Source: Vulcanimicrobiota bacterium | Lineage (GTDB): Bacteria > Vulcanimicrobiota > Vulcanimicrobiia > Vulcanimicrobiales > Vulcanimicrobiaceae | Length of the DNA: 64,000 nt | Reading direction: 5' to 3' | Assembly (NCBI GenBank): GCA_963833095.1 | Contig: CAWHWQ010000002.1 | Coordinates: forward strand, 275,094-339,093 | In this document: piece after piece, positions 29,856 through 39,806 of the stretch | Layout: each line of letters starts with the position of its first letter | Position numbering within the stretch: position 1 is the stretch's first letter | The notes under the pieces: generated by a model | The model's database searches: none | Seen by the model: the letters and a program-made list of their open reading frames with translations, nothing else | What the model was told of the DNA's origin: nothing | Made by a program: the position numbers and the translations under genes

Positions 29856-30152
29856 CTACGTCGTGCGGTTGCGACCGCGGCTGTAACGTTTTATGGCTTT
29901 CCAATCTCCGTCGACGAACGCGCGTTTCTTGCGGTGCGACCACGCTTTGAGCTTCTTCTCGAAGGCGATTGCCTCTCCGACCCAGGTAAACTCCGAAACG
30001 TGCACGAGGATAAGCGGTCGACGATCAAAAGTGTAGCACTCGGGATCGATGCCGAAGGAATGTTCGCTCAGACGCCGCTCGATGTCATTTGTAACCCCGA
30101 CGTAGAATGTCCCATCAAAGCATCGCAAGACGTAGACGTAATAACTTTTCAC
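29856..30152 (-). CDS. Small stand-alone GIY-YIG endonuclease (YhbQ/UPF0213-like)
   Basis: YYVYVLRCFDGTFYVGVTNDIERRLSEH...YT..RRP...EAIAFEKKLKAWSHRKK; start placed at GTG 30152. Confidence 0.92.
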   Translation of the reverse strand: MKSYYVYVLRCFDGTFYVGVTNDIERRLSEHSFGIDPECYTFDRRPLILVHVSEFTWVGEAIAFEKKLKAWSHRKKRAFVDGDWKAIKRYSRGRNRTT

Positions 30153-30187
30153 GCCTGAGCATCTGCTTCGTCGCAGCGCATTGGCTA

Positions 30188-30413
30188 GCATCGGTCCCTC
30201 GACTTTGCTGCTAGGCAGCTACGCTCGGGATGACAAGGGATTGCATCGGTCCCTCGACTTCGCTGCTACGCAGCTACGCTCGGGATGACAAGGGATTGCA
30301 TCGGTCCCTCGACTTCGCTGCTACGCAGCTACGCTCGGGATGACAAGGGATTGCATCGGTCCCTCGACTTTGCTGCTACCCAGCTACGCTCGGGATGACA
30401 ATTGGAGCGTTAC
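30188..30413 (-). repeat. Right REP array: four tandem 55-bp units, inverted relative to the left array
   Basis: TCCCTCGACTT(C/T)GCTGCTA(C/G)(G/C)CAGCTACGCTCGGGATGACAA starting at 30195, 30250, 30305 and 30360 (period 55). Confidence 0.95.
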
Positions 30414-31150
30414 AGACGCTCGAGTAAGTCTTCGTCTTCAAGGCGTTGCAAGTCCGCCGGAAGACGCGGACGGACGCGCTGCGCAAGTTGCGATGCGAGG
30501 GCGGCGCGGCGTTGCGGCACAAGATCGGTGCGCCGCTCGAGGAAGCGCCGGATGATCGACCGTTCCTCACCGCTCACATACGCGGTCGCTGCGTACACGG
30601 GTTCCGCCACTTCGCGTAGCATCTTTTCGGGCGATTCCATCCGGGATTCGCGAATCACGATCGTTCCGGCCGCAAGATCGCCGATGCGTTTATTCTGTGG
30701 CGAAAAGACCGCGACCACGGCCGAGAGGGCATAGAATCCGAGCGCCATCTCACCTACGCGAATCAAGTTGCGAATGACCGACGCCATGAAATCGATCGGA
30801 TAGCCGCCGTCGCGGACCACGCGAATGCCCAACATCCGTTTTCCCGGCGTTTGCCCGTTCCACAGGGCTTCGAAAAGAATGAAGTAGCCAAAGAAGATCA
30901 AGAACAGCACGACAATGACCATCGCAATGGCGATACTCTCCACGAGGTGATCGCGGCTGCCCAGACGCATCGTCGCATACGTACCATGCGACGTTGCGGC
31001 GATCGCGGTCAAGCCCCAGACCAGCAGCAAAAGGAACGCGATTTGAATCGCGAGGTCAACGGCGAGCGCAAGAAACCGGCTACCGACGCCGGCGAGCTCG
31101 TAGGAGAAGGCGATCGATTCCGGCGTGCGGACCTCTAGGGTTCGATCCAT
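30410..31150 (-). CDS. RDD-family membrane protein
   Basis: TPESIAFSYELAGVGSRFLALAVD, GQTPGKRMLGIRVV, IRNLIR and KRIGDLAAGT motifs. Confidence 0.92.
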   Translation of the reverse strand: MDRTLEVRTPESIAFSYELAGVGSRFLALAVDLAIQIAFLLLLVWGLTAIAATSHGTYATMRLGSRDHLVESIAIAMVIVVLFLIFFGYFILFEALWNGQTPGKRMLGIRVVRDGGYPIDFMASVIRNLIRVGEMALGFYALSAVVAVFSPQNKRIGDLAAGTIVIRESRMESPEKMLREVAEPVYAATAYVSGEERSIIRRFLERRTDLVPQRRAALASQLAQRVRPRLPADLQRLEDEDLLERL

Positions 31151-31171
31151 CGCCGGAGTACCTAAGACGGC

Positions 31172-32155
31172 GTGACGCAAGCCACCTTCGTTGAACGGCG
31201 GACGGCCGCGTGGAGCGAACTCGACGCACTGCTGGTTCGTGCCGGACGACGCGGCGTGCGCCGCCTGCAACCCGAAGAAGTCGAGCAGATCGGGCGCCTC
31301 TATCGAGCGGTTACGAGCGATCTCGCCTACGCCGAGGGGCGCGGATACGATGCTCGCTTGATCGCTTACCTCAATCGCCTGGTGGCGCGGGCCCACGCCT
31401 ATGTCTACGGCGCTGCGGCGACGACGGGGTGGCATCGCTTCGCGACCTTTTACTCGCAAACGTTTCCGCGCGAATTTCGCCGCTCGATTGGGTTCATCAC
31501 GATCTGCACCGCGCTCACCGTCGTCTCGGCCATCGTCGCGTACGTGCTCGTGCGCGTGCACCCCGGCGACGCATTCGCGATTCTGCCCGACGGGTTGATC
31601 CCGCCGCAGATCAAGAAAAGCTTGCACGACTCGAATTTCGCCTTCGATCCGGCCGCCTCGCCGGCGATGGCAACGGCGATAATCACCAACAACGTCAAAG
31701 TAGCGATCTTCGCTTTTGCCGGCTGCGTGACGCTGGGACTCTCGACGCTCTACATCATCACGTTCAACGGTCTCATGCTCGGCAGTGTGGGGGCGCTGTT
31801 CACCAACGCCGGCTTCGGCGCGGATTTTTGGGCGACGGTCGCGCCGCATGGCGTGATCGAGCTCACCGCGATTCAAATCGCGGGAGCTGCCGGCTTGCTG
31901 ATCAGCGCGGGTATCGTCGCCCCCGGGCGTCTACGGCGGCGCGACGCGGTCGTGGCGGCAGCGCGCCGAGCCGGCGTGCTGATCGCGGGCGTTGCGTCAA
32001 TGTTGCTGGTTGCCGGGACGATCGAAGGGTTTTTCTCGCCGCTGCGTTTGCCCGCGTCCGAGCGCATCGCGGTCGGCGTCATGACCGCGGTGCTGCTCGT
32101 CCTCTACTTCGGATTTACTGGCCGAGGCCCGAGTCGGTCGTTAGGTTCGCCGTGA
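31172..32155 (+). CDS. SpoIIM/DUF95-family membrane protein
   Basis: LYRAVTSDLA, YLNRLVARAH, IITNNVKVA, PHGVIEL and AGTIEGF motifs. Confidence 0.9.
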   Translation: MTQATFVERRTAAWSELDALLVRAGRRGVRRLQPEEVEQIGRLYRAVTSDLAYAEGRGYDARLIAYLNRLVARAHAYVYGAAATTGWHRFATFYSQTFPREFRRSIGFITICTALTVVSAIVAYVLVRVHPGDAFAILPDGLIPPQIKKSLHDSNFAFDPAASPAMATAIITNNVKVAIFAFAGCVTLGLSTLYIITFNGLMLGSVGALFTNAGFGADFWATVAPHGVIELTAIQIAGAAGLLISAGIVAPGRLRRRDAVVAAARRAGVLIAGVASMLLVAGTIEGFFSPLRLPASERIAVGVMTAVLLVLYFGFTGRGPSRSLGSP

Positions 32156-32771
32156 TGTCGACCGTGATCACCGACCGCTGCGCGCCCTGATTCACCCGAA
32201 TCGTTTGGTACTCTTTGACCTGCGTCGAGACGAGTTTCGCGGTGTCGTACGCATAGGTCATCTCCGAATGCACGGTTGTCTGCGGCGATTTCTCGTCGCG
32301 GGTACCGCTGATGTCCACCGAGCCGGGCGTGGCGCTTTTGGCCGCTATATAATCGATCGTCACACCGCTACTCGCTGGGGTAGCGATGCTCCAGTGCCCT
32401 TTGGTATCAAGCGCGGAAGGATCGAAGAATTTTGGATTGAGCGTGCGCAGAACGCTCGTCTCTTCGGGCGTTACGGTCGCTCCGCAGATGACGTTGGTGC
32501 TGGAGTAGGTGACGCAAGTCGCCGGCGCTACGCTGCGGTTCGTTCGCGCCGCCTCGGCGATATCGACAACCAGTCCGCCGTCGGGCTCGACACCCCGAAC
32601 GGTGATCGTAATCGTTCCGAGATCCGAGGTCTGACCCCGCGTGTTATTCGACTGAGTGGCCATCGAAGCGTCGCTCGACGCGTTCGTCACGCCGACCGTG
32701 AACGAATAGACCAACGTACGTACCGGCGTCGTTGCCACGCCGACCAGAACGGAAGCAAGAAGATGAATCAT
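32115..32771 (-). CDS. Secreted hypothetical protein (beta-rich)
   Basis: 218 aa with a hydrophobic N-terminus; its start overlaps the DUF58 stop. Confidence 0.65.
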   Translation of the reverse strand: MIHLLASVLVGVATTPVRTLVYSFTVGVTNASSDASMATQSNNTRGQTSDLGTITITVRGVEPDGGLVVDIAEAARTNRSVAPATCVTYSSTNVICGATVTPEETSVLRTLNPKFFDPSALDTKGHWSIATPASSGVTIDYIAAKSATPGSVDISGTRDEKSPQTTVHSEMTYAYDTAKLVSTQVKEYQTIRVNQGAQRSVITVDITANLTTDSGLGQ

Positions 32772-34100
32772 AGCAAAGCTCGAGATTTGACGCGCAAGTA
32801 CTCATCCACTGCCGCAATCGAGAGCCGTTCGGCGGGCACATCGAGCACAATCACGCCGCTCCGCTGCAGCGTCCGAGCCGCGGTGTGGCGCTCGGCCGCA
32901 AGACCGAGCGCCACCGATAGGCCGAAAGACTCATCGACGCTTCGTGGGGTGCGCGCGAGGGCTCCGCTGACCACCGCATCGTTCATAAATATGCACAGGA
33001 CTACGTGGCGCTTGGCCAGCGTGCCCAGCTCGGCCAGCACCACGCTCTGCGCGACCGGATCGATGACGTCGGTAAAAAAGGCGATCAGGCTGCGCCGGTG
33101 CAGATGCGAGCGCAGATAGGCAAAGGCGCGCGCGTAGTCGGATTCCTCGAACCGCGGCTCGACGTCACAGAGGGCGTCGGCCAGCGCCCGCACGGACGCG
33201 GCGGTCGAACGCGGCGCGCGCGCAACGAGGATGCGGCGGGCGAAGGCAACCACCCCCACCCGATCGCTGGCCAGCGAGGCGATCGACGCCAGGGAAAGGC
33301 CCGCGGTCACTGCGTAGTCGAGCTTGCGCTGGACGCCGATCCGCGCGGTCATGAGCCGCCCGCAATCGAGCAAAAGCATCACGTCTTGACTGCGCTCGAC
33401 CTCGCGCTGCACCACCATCAACTTGCCGCGGCGCGCCGTGGCTTTCCAGTCGATCGCGCGGAACGCGTCGCCACTCGTGTAGTCGCGCACGCTCTCGAAT
33501 TCGCTGCCGATCCCGCGCAAGCGCATGCGCCGGAGCCCGGCTTCGACGAGCCGGTTGCGCACGTGGAGCGATCCGTAGCGCTCGACGGCCGAAAGATCCG
33601 GATAGACACGAAACGCCTGCGGTGCATCGATCACGAAGCGCCGGCGCACCAACCCGAGCGCGGTTTCGTACCAGAGATAGATACGGGTGAACGTGTCGCT
33701 GCCCCGCGCGACGGGCAACGCCGCGAGCGACGCGCTGGCTTCGCTGCGCGCCGGGAGCAGCGTCACGAGTTCTTCTTCGCCCAGATCGAGCGTGCGCAGC
33801 GGCGCTTCGAGCAATCCGGTGCGCAGTGTGCGCTGCGACCGGTTCTCGATCGCATAGGTGAGTTGCGCACTGCGGCGCAGAGAAAAATGCGCCGGCAGAC
33901 TCGCGGCGCACGTGCAGCGTGCTCGGGCGCGGTAAACGCGCGATATCGACCAAAAACGCCGCGGCCAGCAGCGCAGCGAGCCCGATCGCGATGGGAACGA
34001 AAAGCGCGATGCCGGGCGACGCCGCGAGCACGACGGCAATCGTCGCAAGCGCCCATAAGGCACGCGCCGACGGCCAAATCGGCAGAAACCTTTTATTCAC
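32768..34100 (-). CDS. DUF58 protein (MoxR partner); frameshift near 33899
   Basis: N-terminus in ORF 33165..34100 (two TM helices, ...HVRRE) joins LPAHFSL...RVYPD...GSEFESVRDY.SGD.FRAIDWKATARRG in ORF 32768..34063. Confidence 0.88.
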
Positions 34101-35057
34101 GCGGAACCGGCACGCTGGCCAGAATCTCTGCGAGCACCGATGGCGCGGTTGCGCCTTCGATCTCGGCCTCGGGCTGCACGATCAAACGGTGCGCTACGAC
34201 CGCCTCGGCAACGTCTTTCACGTCGTCGGGCGTTGCATAGTCGCGAGCGTCGATCGCAGCTGCAACTTGCGCTGCTACGAGCAGCGTCACTACCGCGCGC
34301 GGAGATGCGCCAAGGGCGAGTTTGGGATGCGAGCGCGTCGCCGTCGCAACGGCGTACGCGTACGCGCGCACTTCGGCGGCCACATGCACGCGGCGCACGG
34401 CGGCTTGCGCAGCGATGATCTCGTTCGCATTCGTCACTGGGGTGATGCCCGCAAGCTCGAGCGCGCGTGAGTCGAACCCAGCGGCGACGCGCGCGAGTAA
34501 ATCCAGCTCTTGTTCGGGAGCAGGGTAGCCGGTAGAAATCTTCACCGCAAAACGATCCAACTGCGCTTCGGGAAGCGGATAGGTCCCTTCGTACTCGATT
34601 GGATTTTGCGTCGCGCAGACGATAAACGGCTGCGGTAGCGCGATCGGCGTACCGTCGATCGTCACGCGCCCCTCCTCCATCGCTTCGAGTAGGGCAGCTT
34701 GCGTTTTGGGCGGCGTACGATTGATTTCGTCGGCCAGCACGACGTTGGCATCGATCGGTCCGGGCCGCACGCTAAACGTGGCGCTCTGCGGATTGAAGAC
34801 CGTCGTGCCGACCACGTCCGACGGCATCAGATCGGGCGTGAACTGAATGCGCCGGAACGGCAGGCCCAGCGCGGCGGCGAAGGCGCGCACCGCAAGCGTT
34901 TTTCCGTGCCGGGCACGCCTTCGATGAGCGCGTGACCGCGCGAAAGGAGCGCGACCAGCAGTCCAAACGTCACGCGCTCGCTGCCGACGACGGCCGTGCC
35001 GATCGCGGCGCGTAGGCGCGCGGCGACATCCGCGACGCGAGAGGGAGAGTCGTTCAC
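34093..35057 (-). CDS. moxR: MoxR-family AAA+ ATPase; frameshift in Walker A near 34904
   Basis: GHALIEGVPGT|GKT, RIQFTPDLMPSD, LADEINRTPPKTQAALLE and NPIEYEGTYPLPEAQLDRF motifs. Confidence 0.92.
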
Positions 35058-35863
35058 GCACGTTCCTTTCGTAGCGCAGCATAGATCGTTGCAGCGCGCA
35101 GCACTAGCGCACCGTTCGGTCGCGTCACCGCGGCGAGCTGCGCGAGTTCGTCTGATTTCGGATACGCGCGAGCAAACCGTTCGATTGCCGGCCGTCCCGC
35201 GCGTGCGCGGCGCAAGAGCGATCCCATCGATCGCAGGTAGGCGGACGAATCGCGATCGGCGGGCGGTTCGCGCGGAATCGCCGGTGCGAAGCGGACGTTC
35301 GCGTTGACCAAAGCGAGCGCGACCGCGACGATGCTCAGGAAAAACGCCACGTGGACGGGCGCCGGCAGCACCGACCAGAGCGATTGCGTGCGGTCGTAGC
35401 CGTAGGGTCGCTCGTCGAAGGCCACCAGCCCTTTGCCTTCGACCGCGTCGTAGACCACGAGCGCGCGTTCGGGATGGTTACGCAGCGCAAGATTGCCGAA
35501 CTGCTCACCGTTAAAGGATCGCAGATGCGGCGAGGAACTCAAGCCCGGAATCTTGACGAACGTCAGCACCGTTCCGCCGTTGCGCATAAAGGCTTGCAGC
35601 CGGCGCAGATCGTTGCGGTCGTATCCCGGCGCGCTAAGAACCAGCACGCGTACGCGCGGATCGAGTTCACCCAGCGGCATTTCGAGACGCGAAACCGCGA
35701 TCGATTCGCGCTGGAGCACATCGAAAAGCGCGCGATACCCGTTGCGTCCGGTATCGTAGCTCGAATGGTTCGATGGCGGACTACCGATCGACGAGACCGC
35801 AAGGAGCAGCAACACGCCGAAGAGCGCGAGCAGCGCAACGATTTCGACGACGCGCGTTCTCAC
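35054..35863 (-). CDS. DUF4350-like membrane protein of the MoxR cluster
   Basis: N-terminal TM, SSYDTGRNGYRALFDVL, second TM then RFAP, and YLRSMGSLLRRA. Confidence 0.75.
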   Translation of the reverse strand: MRTRVVEIVALLALFGVLLLLAVSSIGSPPSNHSSYDTGRNGYRALFDVLQRESIAVSRLEMPLGELDPRVRVLVLSAPGYDRNDLRRLQAFMRNGGTVLTFVKIPGLSSSPHLRSFNGEQFGNLALRNHPERALVVYDAVEGKGLVAFDERPYGYDRTQSLWSVLPAPVHVAFFLSIVAVALALVNANVRFAPAIPREPPADRDSSAYLRSMGSLLRRARAGRPAIERFARAYPKSDELAQLAAVTRPNGALVLRAATIYAALRKERA

Positions 35864-36495
35864 GATGCGGCGCCCGCTGCAAGCTGGTCATAGGCCGCCC
35901 GAGCGCGCTGCCACGCATCGGGGCCGGCCGGCGTCTGCGCGTAAGCCGTCGCAGTGTATAGTCGCGCGATTTCGACGAAGGCCGGTTCGAGCGCGCCGTC
36001 GCGCGCGTGAAGACGGCGTCGCAACTCATTGACCGTCGCCGAGCGCTCGTCGCGCACCACCCCGCGCAGATCCAGCAGCGTTACTGCCGCAATGAATACC
36101 ATACGCACCGCGCGCGCATAATCGCCTGCGCTCGCGGCCTGCGCGGCAAGCGCGGCCAACGCGTGCGCGCTACGTGGTTGCGTCAGCGCGATTGCGCGCG
36201 CGCGCCGCGTCCGCTCGTTCTCGAGCTGCATCAGCAAATGCGCTCCGATCAAGGCGATGGCAAGAACGCACGTTACTACCAGCAAGTCGCCGATGATGGA
36301 GACGCCGGCCGACCCGATTTTTACGTGGCTCGTGAAGGCATTCCACAGATCGTTCCAGCGATCGTAGAACCATTGGAACACGAGCCCGAAGATCGAGGGG
36401 TGCGCGGGCGACGCTTTTTCCAAGTGATACCGGCCGGGGACCGCTAGCTCGGTTCGAACCGCCCGGATGATATCGATGGGCGGCGGCCTGGTCAT
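35860..36495 (-). CDS. DUF4129-like protein of the MoxR cluster
   Basis: GDYARAVRMVF..AVTLL...SATVNEL...ARLYTATAYA pattern. Confidence 0.75.
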   Translation of the reverse strand: MTRPPPIDIIRAVRTELAVPGRYHLEKASPAHPSIFGLVFQWFYDRWNDLWNAFTSHVKIGSAGVSIIGDLLVVTCVLAIALIGAHLLMQLENERTRRARAIALTQPRSAHALAALAAQAASAGDYARAVRMVFIAAVTLLDLRGVVRDERSATVNELRRRLHARDGALEPAFVEIARLYTATAYAQTPAGPDAWQRARAAYDQLAAGAAS

Positions 36496-37427
36496 GATGG
36501 CGCCGTCAGGCGTTCGAGATCGACTTCGAGATCCAGGCCTTCGCTGCGCGTGCGCACGTCGTAGTAGTAGACGGCCAAAAGAATCGTGGTGAACGCCGTG
36601 ACCGCGGCGTTGATAACCGTGCTGATCGCGAGCTGCACGATCGTGCTGTGGACGGCGGAGAGCGCGAGCAGCCCGGCGGCACCCGCGATAAAGGCCGCGC
36701 CGAATTCGATCGCCAGGTAGGCAAGTGAAATCAACGTCGCCTTTCCCAGCTCACGCCGGTTGAAGAGGCGCCGAAAGGCCTCGCCGATCCCATTTGCAGG
36801 CTTTAGTTCCTCGATGGTCGTCGCATAAAGCGCGAATGCGCAGCACATCAACAACAACAGAAAAAACAACACCACGGCGAGCAGCAACGCGATGGCCACT
36901 AGGGCGAGGGGAACGCCTAAAAACGGGAACGCCACCAACAACGCCCCTCCGGCCAAGGCAATGATCGTAGCGGCAACGACTACCGCCATGTATGCGGCCA
37001 AAAAAATGAGCACGCACAAGACCATTGCTCCCACAAGCGGACCCCAGCGGCGCAGCACGCGCGCATATCCGTCTCGATACGTCGGCGTACGTCCCGCGTA
37101 GATCGACGCGACACCGACTGCAACCGCGTTGTTGGTGAAGGGCGAGAAAATCAGCGCGACGGCGACGATGAGAAACAACGCGCTGTATTGCCCGGGCGAA
37201 TAGGGTGAGAAGTGCGAGGTCGGGTGCTGGATCTGCGTCAAGAGCTGGGTCAATGAGTTGGCCGACGCATCCGTAACAAAATACTCAAGGATACCCAGCG
37301 GAACCAGCAGCGTGAGCACGATAAGCGTGAAGACGACGAAGTGGCGCACGTAGATCGTTACCGCGCGATCGAAGATCTCTCCGATCGAAAGTGCGCGTAA
37401 CGAAGGCCGCCCCTGCAACTCGTCCAT
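36492..37427 (-). CDS. Polytopic membrane protein of the MoxR cluster
   Basis: LRALSIGEIFDRA N-terminus and YYYDVRTRSEGLDL C-terminus, typical of this cluster. Confidence 0.8.
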   Translation of the reverse strand: MDELQGRPSLRALSIGEIFDRAVTIYVRHFVVFTLIVLTLLVPLGILEYFVTDASANSLTQLLTQIQHPTSHFSPYSPGQYSALFLIVAVALIFSPFTNNAVAVGVASIYAGRTPTYRDGYARVLRRWGPLVGAMVLCVLIFLAAYMAVVVAATIIALAGGALLVAFPFLGVPLALVAIALLLAVVLFFLLLLMCCAFALYATTIEELKPANGIGEAFRRLFNRRELGKATLISLAYLAIEFGAAFIAGAAGLLALSAVHSTIVQLAISTVINAAVTAFTTILLAVYYYDVRTRSEGLDLEVDLERLTAPS

Positions 37428-37481
37428 TGCGCGGCCCCGTTCTTGAGGGTCATCGAGGCTTCCTAGCAGTAGCTATGGCCT

Positions 37482-38105
37482 ATGCAGATTGGGACGTTGC
37501 GTGCGATCCGGCGCTATCCGGTAAAGAGTCTTGCGGGTGAGGTGCTGGATGCATGCGCCGTGCTTGCAAGCGGGCTCGAGGGCGACCGGGTCGAGGCGCT
37601 CATCGCCGAAGATGGTCCGCGTACCGGCAAAACCTATCGCGGGAAGGAAGACGACCGGCTGCACCGCCTGAGCTCCGCCGATGAAGCGCTCGCGCTTGCA
37701 CCCGGCACGCATTTGGAACAAAGCGATGACGAGGCGTTCTTTGACGACGCACCAGTCTCGCTCATCGTCGATCGCTGGCTCGACGGCGTTTCGTCGTTCG
37801 TCGGCTATCGCGTCGAATTCGAGCGCTTTCGCCCGAATTTCTATATCGAGGCGGATCCCGGCGTGAAGATCGACGAAGCAACGCTCACCGGACGTGAATT
37901 GCAGTTGGGAGAGGTGACGCTGCGCGTACGCTATCCGATTGAGCGCTGCGTTGTGACGACCTACAATCTGCGCGGCGGTGAAGCCGACCCGCGCATTTTA
38001 CGCTATGTCGCGCAGGCGCGGTCGAACTGGATGGGGATTTACTGCGACGTGCCGCGCGCGGGCGTCGCGCGCACCGGCGACTCGCTCGTGCTCATCGAAC
38101 GCTGA
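37482..38105 (+). CDS. MOSC-domain protein
   Basis: RYPVKSLAGE, GLEGDR, RFRPNF, ERCVVTT and GIYC motifs. Confidence 0.9.
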   Translation: MQIGTLRAIRRYPVKSLAGEVLDACAVLASGLEGDRVEALIAEDGPRTGKTYRGKEDDRLHRLSSADEALALAPGTHLEQSDDEAFFDDAPVSLIVDRWLDGVSSFVGYRVEFERFRPNFYIEADPGVKIDEATLTGRELQLGEVTLRVRYPIERCVVTTYNLRGGEADPRILRYVAQARSNWMGIYCDVPRAGVARTGDSLVLIER

Positions 38106-38395
38106 ACGTCGTGCACGATGCGTTCGAGCGCATCGATGTACGCAAGAAACCGGTCGCGACCGGCGGGCGAGATGCGCACGATCGTTTGCGGACGACCCGA
38201 ACCTGTACGCCGCTGCGTTTCCACGATCGCTTCTTCGGCAAGCGCGTGTAAATGACGATTGAGATTGCCGTCGGTCAGGGCGCACGCATCCTGCAACTGC
38301 GTGAACGAGACGCCGTCGGGATGCGCAACGAGCATCGAGCAAATCGCCAACCGACCGCGTTCGTGAAAGACGCGATCCAAATCGGTTGCGCTCAT
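38039..38395 (-). CDS. Winged-helix (HTH_34/MarR-like) transcriptional regulator
   Basis: LDRVFHERGRLAICSML...SFTQLQD.CALTDGNLNRHL...GRDRFLAYIDALE; coupled to the upstream gene. Confidence 0.88.
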   Translation of the reverse strand: MSATDLDRVFHERGRLAICSMLVAHPDGVSFTQLQDACALTDGNLNRHLHALAEEAIVETQRRTGSGRPQTIVRISPAGRDRFLAYIDALERIVHDVQRSMSTSESPVRATPARGTSQ

Positions 38396-38997
38396 GGATG
38401 CTCCCGCCGGTCGCGCGCGACCAGCACGCCGATTGCAATTTGTCCCACACCGAAACCGATAGGCAGCACCCACCAGGCAAGCGCGATCGCCGAGGGCACG
38501 AAGAGCAGCGCGATTCCCGCCGCCAAGAAAAACGCCGCAATCGGTAACACGTCGCGCGGCAACATCGTGCGCGACGCGAAGAGACCGACGCCATAACATC
38601 CGTACCACACGCCGGGCAGATACGAAAACGCACCGCGCGTGACGAGCGCAAGCGTGATCGCCGCGCCAAGCGCAATCGCCGGAAGAATCGCAAGGCCCAC
38701 GGTGCGCGTTTGCCAACGATCGCGCGCGCTTGCGTCGCTCACGAACCAATGCGCGATCGATCCGTAATTGACGATCGCCGCAGCCGTTCCGCAGACGAGC
38801 CAAATCGACGCATAGACGCGAGCTTCATACCCGTTGTGGGGCACCGCCACGAGCAACGCTTGCAAAACGCCCGCGGCGATGGCAAAACACCCTGAGGCAA
38901 TTGCGGCGACGCCGGAGTACCCGCGGAAACGCTGCGTCATCGCCAGGCGTTCACGGACTTCGGCGATGTCGAGCACCGCGCGTTCCAGATCGGTCAT
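38392..38997 (-). CDS. Membrane protein co-transcribed with the HTH regulator
   Basis: About six hydrophobic helices in 201 aa. Confidence 0.8.
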   Translation of the reverse strand: MTDLERAVLDIAEVRERLAMTQRFRGYSGVAAIASGCFAIAAGVLQALLVAVPHNGYEARVYASIWLVCGTAAAIVNYGSIAHWFVSDASARDRWQTRTVGLAILPAIALGAAITLALVTRGAFSYLPGVWYGCYGVGLFASRTMLPRDVLPIAAFFLAAGIALLFVPSAIALAWWVLPIGFGVGQIAIGVLVARDRREHP

Positions 38998-39002
38998 GTT
39001 CT

Positions 39003-39019
39003 ACTTTGTACCACAAAGT
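39003..39019. promoter_or_regulatory. Palindromic operator overlapping the -10 element of the membrane-protein/HTH operon
   Basis: ACTTTGT-ACC-ACAAAGT perfect inverted repeat just upstream of ATG 38997. Confidence 0.7.
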
Positions 39020-39056
39020 CCAAGCTCGCGGCAACGCGGGCACTCACCCGTGGTGC

Positions 39057-39743
39057 ATGGAGCGGCAAGCGGGCTTCACCTTGATCGAGACCCTGGTGGG
39101 AGCGGCGATCGCGGTGATCATGATCGGGGGCCTGGTGGTTCTGGTCGACCGGATGGTCGTGTGGGCGAACGCTGCAAACCTTCGCGTGAACGGCAGCGCG
39201 AACGCGGCCCGCCTGATCGAGCGGCTCTCGAGCGATGCCGCCGGCGCTTGGGCGGTCTTTGTGCCTTCGACCGATATCCTCGGGCAGAGCAACACCGACG
39301 GCCACGAGATCGACTTCTTCTCCGAAGACGGCGCGCATCGCGTCTATGCGTGGGCGTACACCTTCGATGCGAGCACCAAATCGGTTACGCGCTACGCAAT
39401 CGTCTCGGGCGGCGCGCCGGTTGCCGGCGACGTCATCGGCGACATCGATAGCTTGCGCGCAACGCCGGCGAGTGTCTCCGGCCTAAGCTCGTCCGCGAGC
39501 GCCGCATACGATCCGCTTTTTGCATCCGCAAGCGCAACCGATGTGCCGTACACGTTTTCAGCGATGCCGAGTGCCATCGGTGGTAATCGGTTGGTTGCGG
39601 TGCAGCTCGTCGCAAGCGGCGTCACGCGCGACGTTGCGCTAGCGAGCGAAGATGCACCGACCACGTTTACGGTAGTCGTCAATTACACACCGTCGCCGGC
39701 ACCCGTTGTAACGCCATCACCATCGCCCGTCCCCTTGTGGTAG
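39057..39743 (+). CDS. Prepilin-type N-terminal cleavage/methylation protein (minor pilin/pseudopilin)
   Basis: MERQAG^FTLIETLVG class III signal peptide with Glu5. Confidence 0.85.
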   Translation: MERQAGFTLIETLVGAAIAVIMIGGLVVLVDRMVVWANAANLRVNGSANAARLIERLSSDAAGAWAVFVPSTDILGQSNTDGHEIDFFSEDGAHRVYAWAYTFDASTKSVTRYAIVSGGAPVAGDVIGDIDSLRATPASVSGLSSSASAAYDPLFASASATDVPYTFSAMPSAIGGNRLVAVQLVASGVTRDVALASEDAPTTFTVVVNYTPSPAPVVTPSPSPVPLW

Positions 39744-39806
39744 GTGCACCACGCGGGAAAAGCCCATGCCGCAGCGCAGTAATGCCTTCCACGCTGGGAG
39801 GATGAA

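Noticed and set aside
30188..30405. Regular 55-bp repeats next to a nuclease, resembling a CRISPR array
   Set aside because: The units, including the linker GGGATTGCATCGG, are essentially identical, so there are no unique spacers. No cas genes are present and the same repeat is dispersed as REPs.
18180..34910. Programmed frameshifting in rne, DUF58 or moxR
   Set aside because: No convincing slippery site with a stimulator, the breaks fall inside conserved motifs such as Walker A, and similar indels occur across unrelated genes. Assembly error is more likely.
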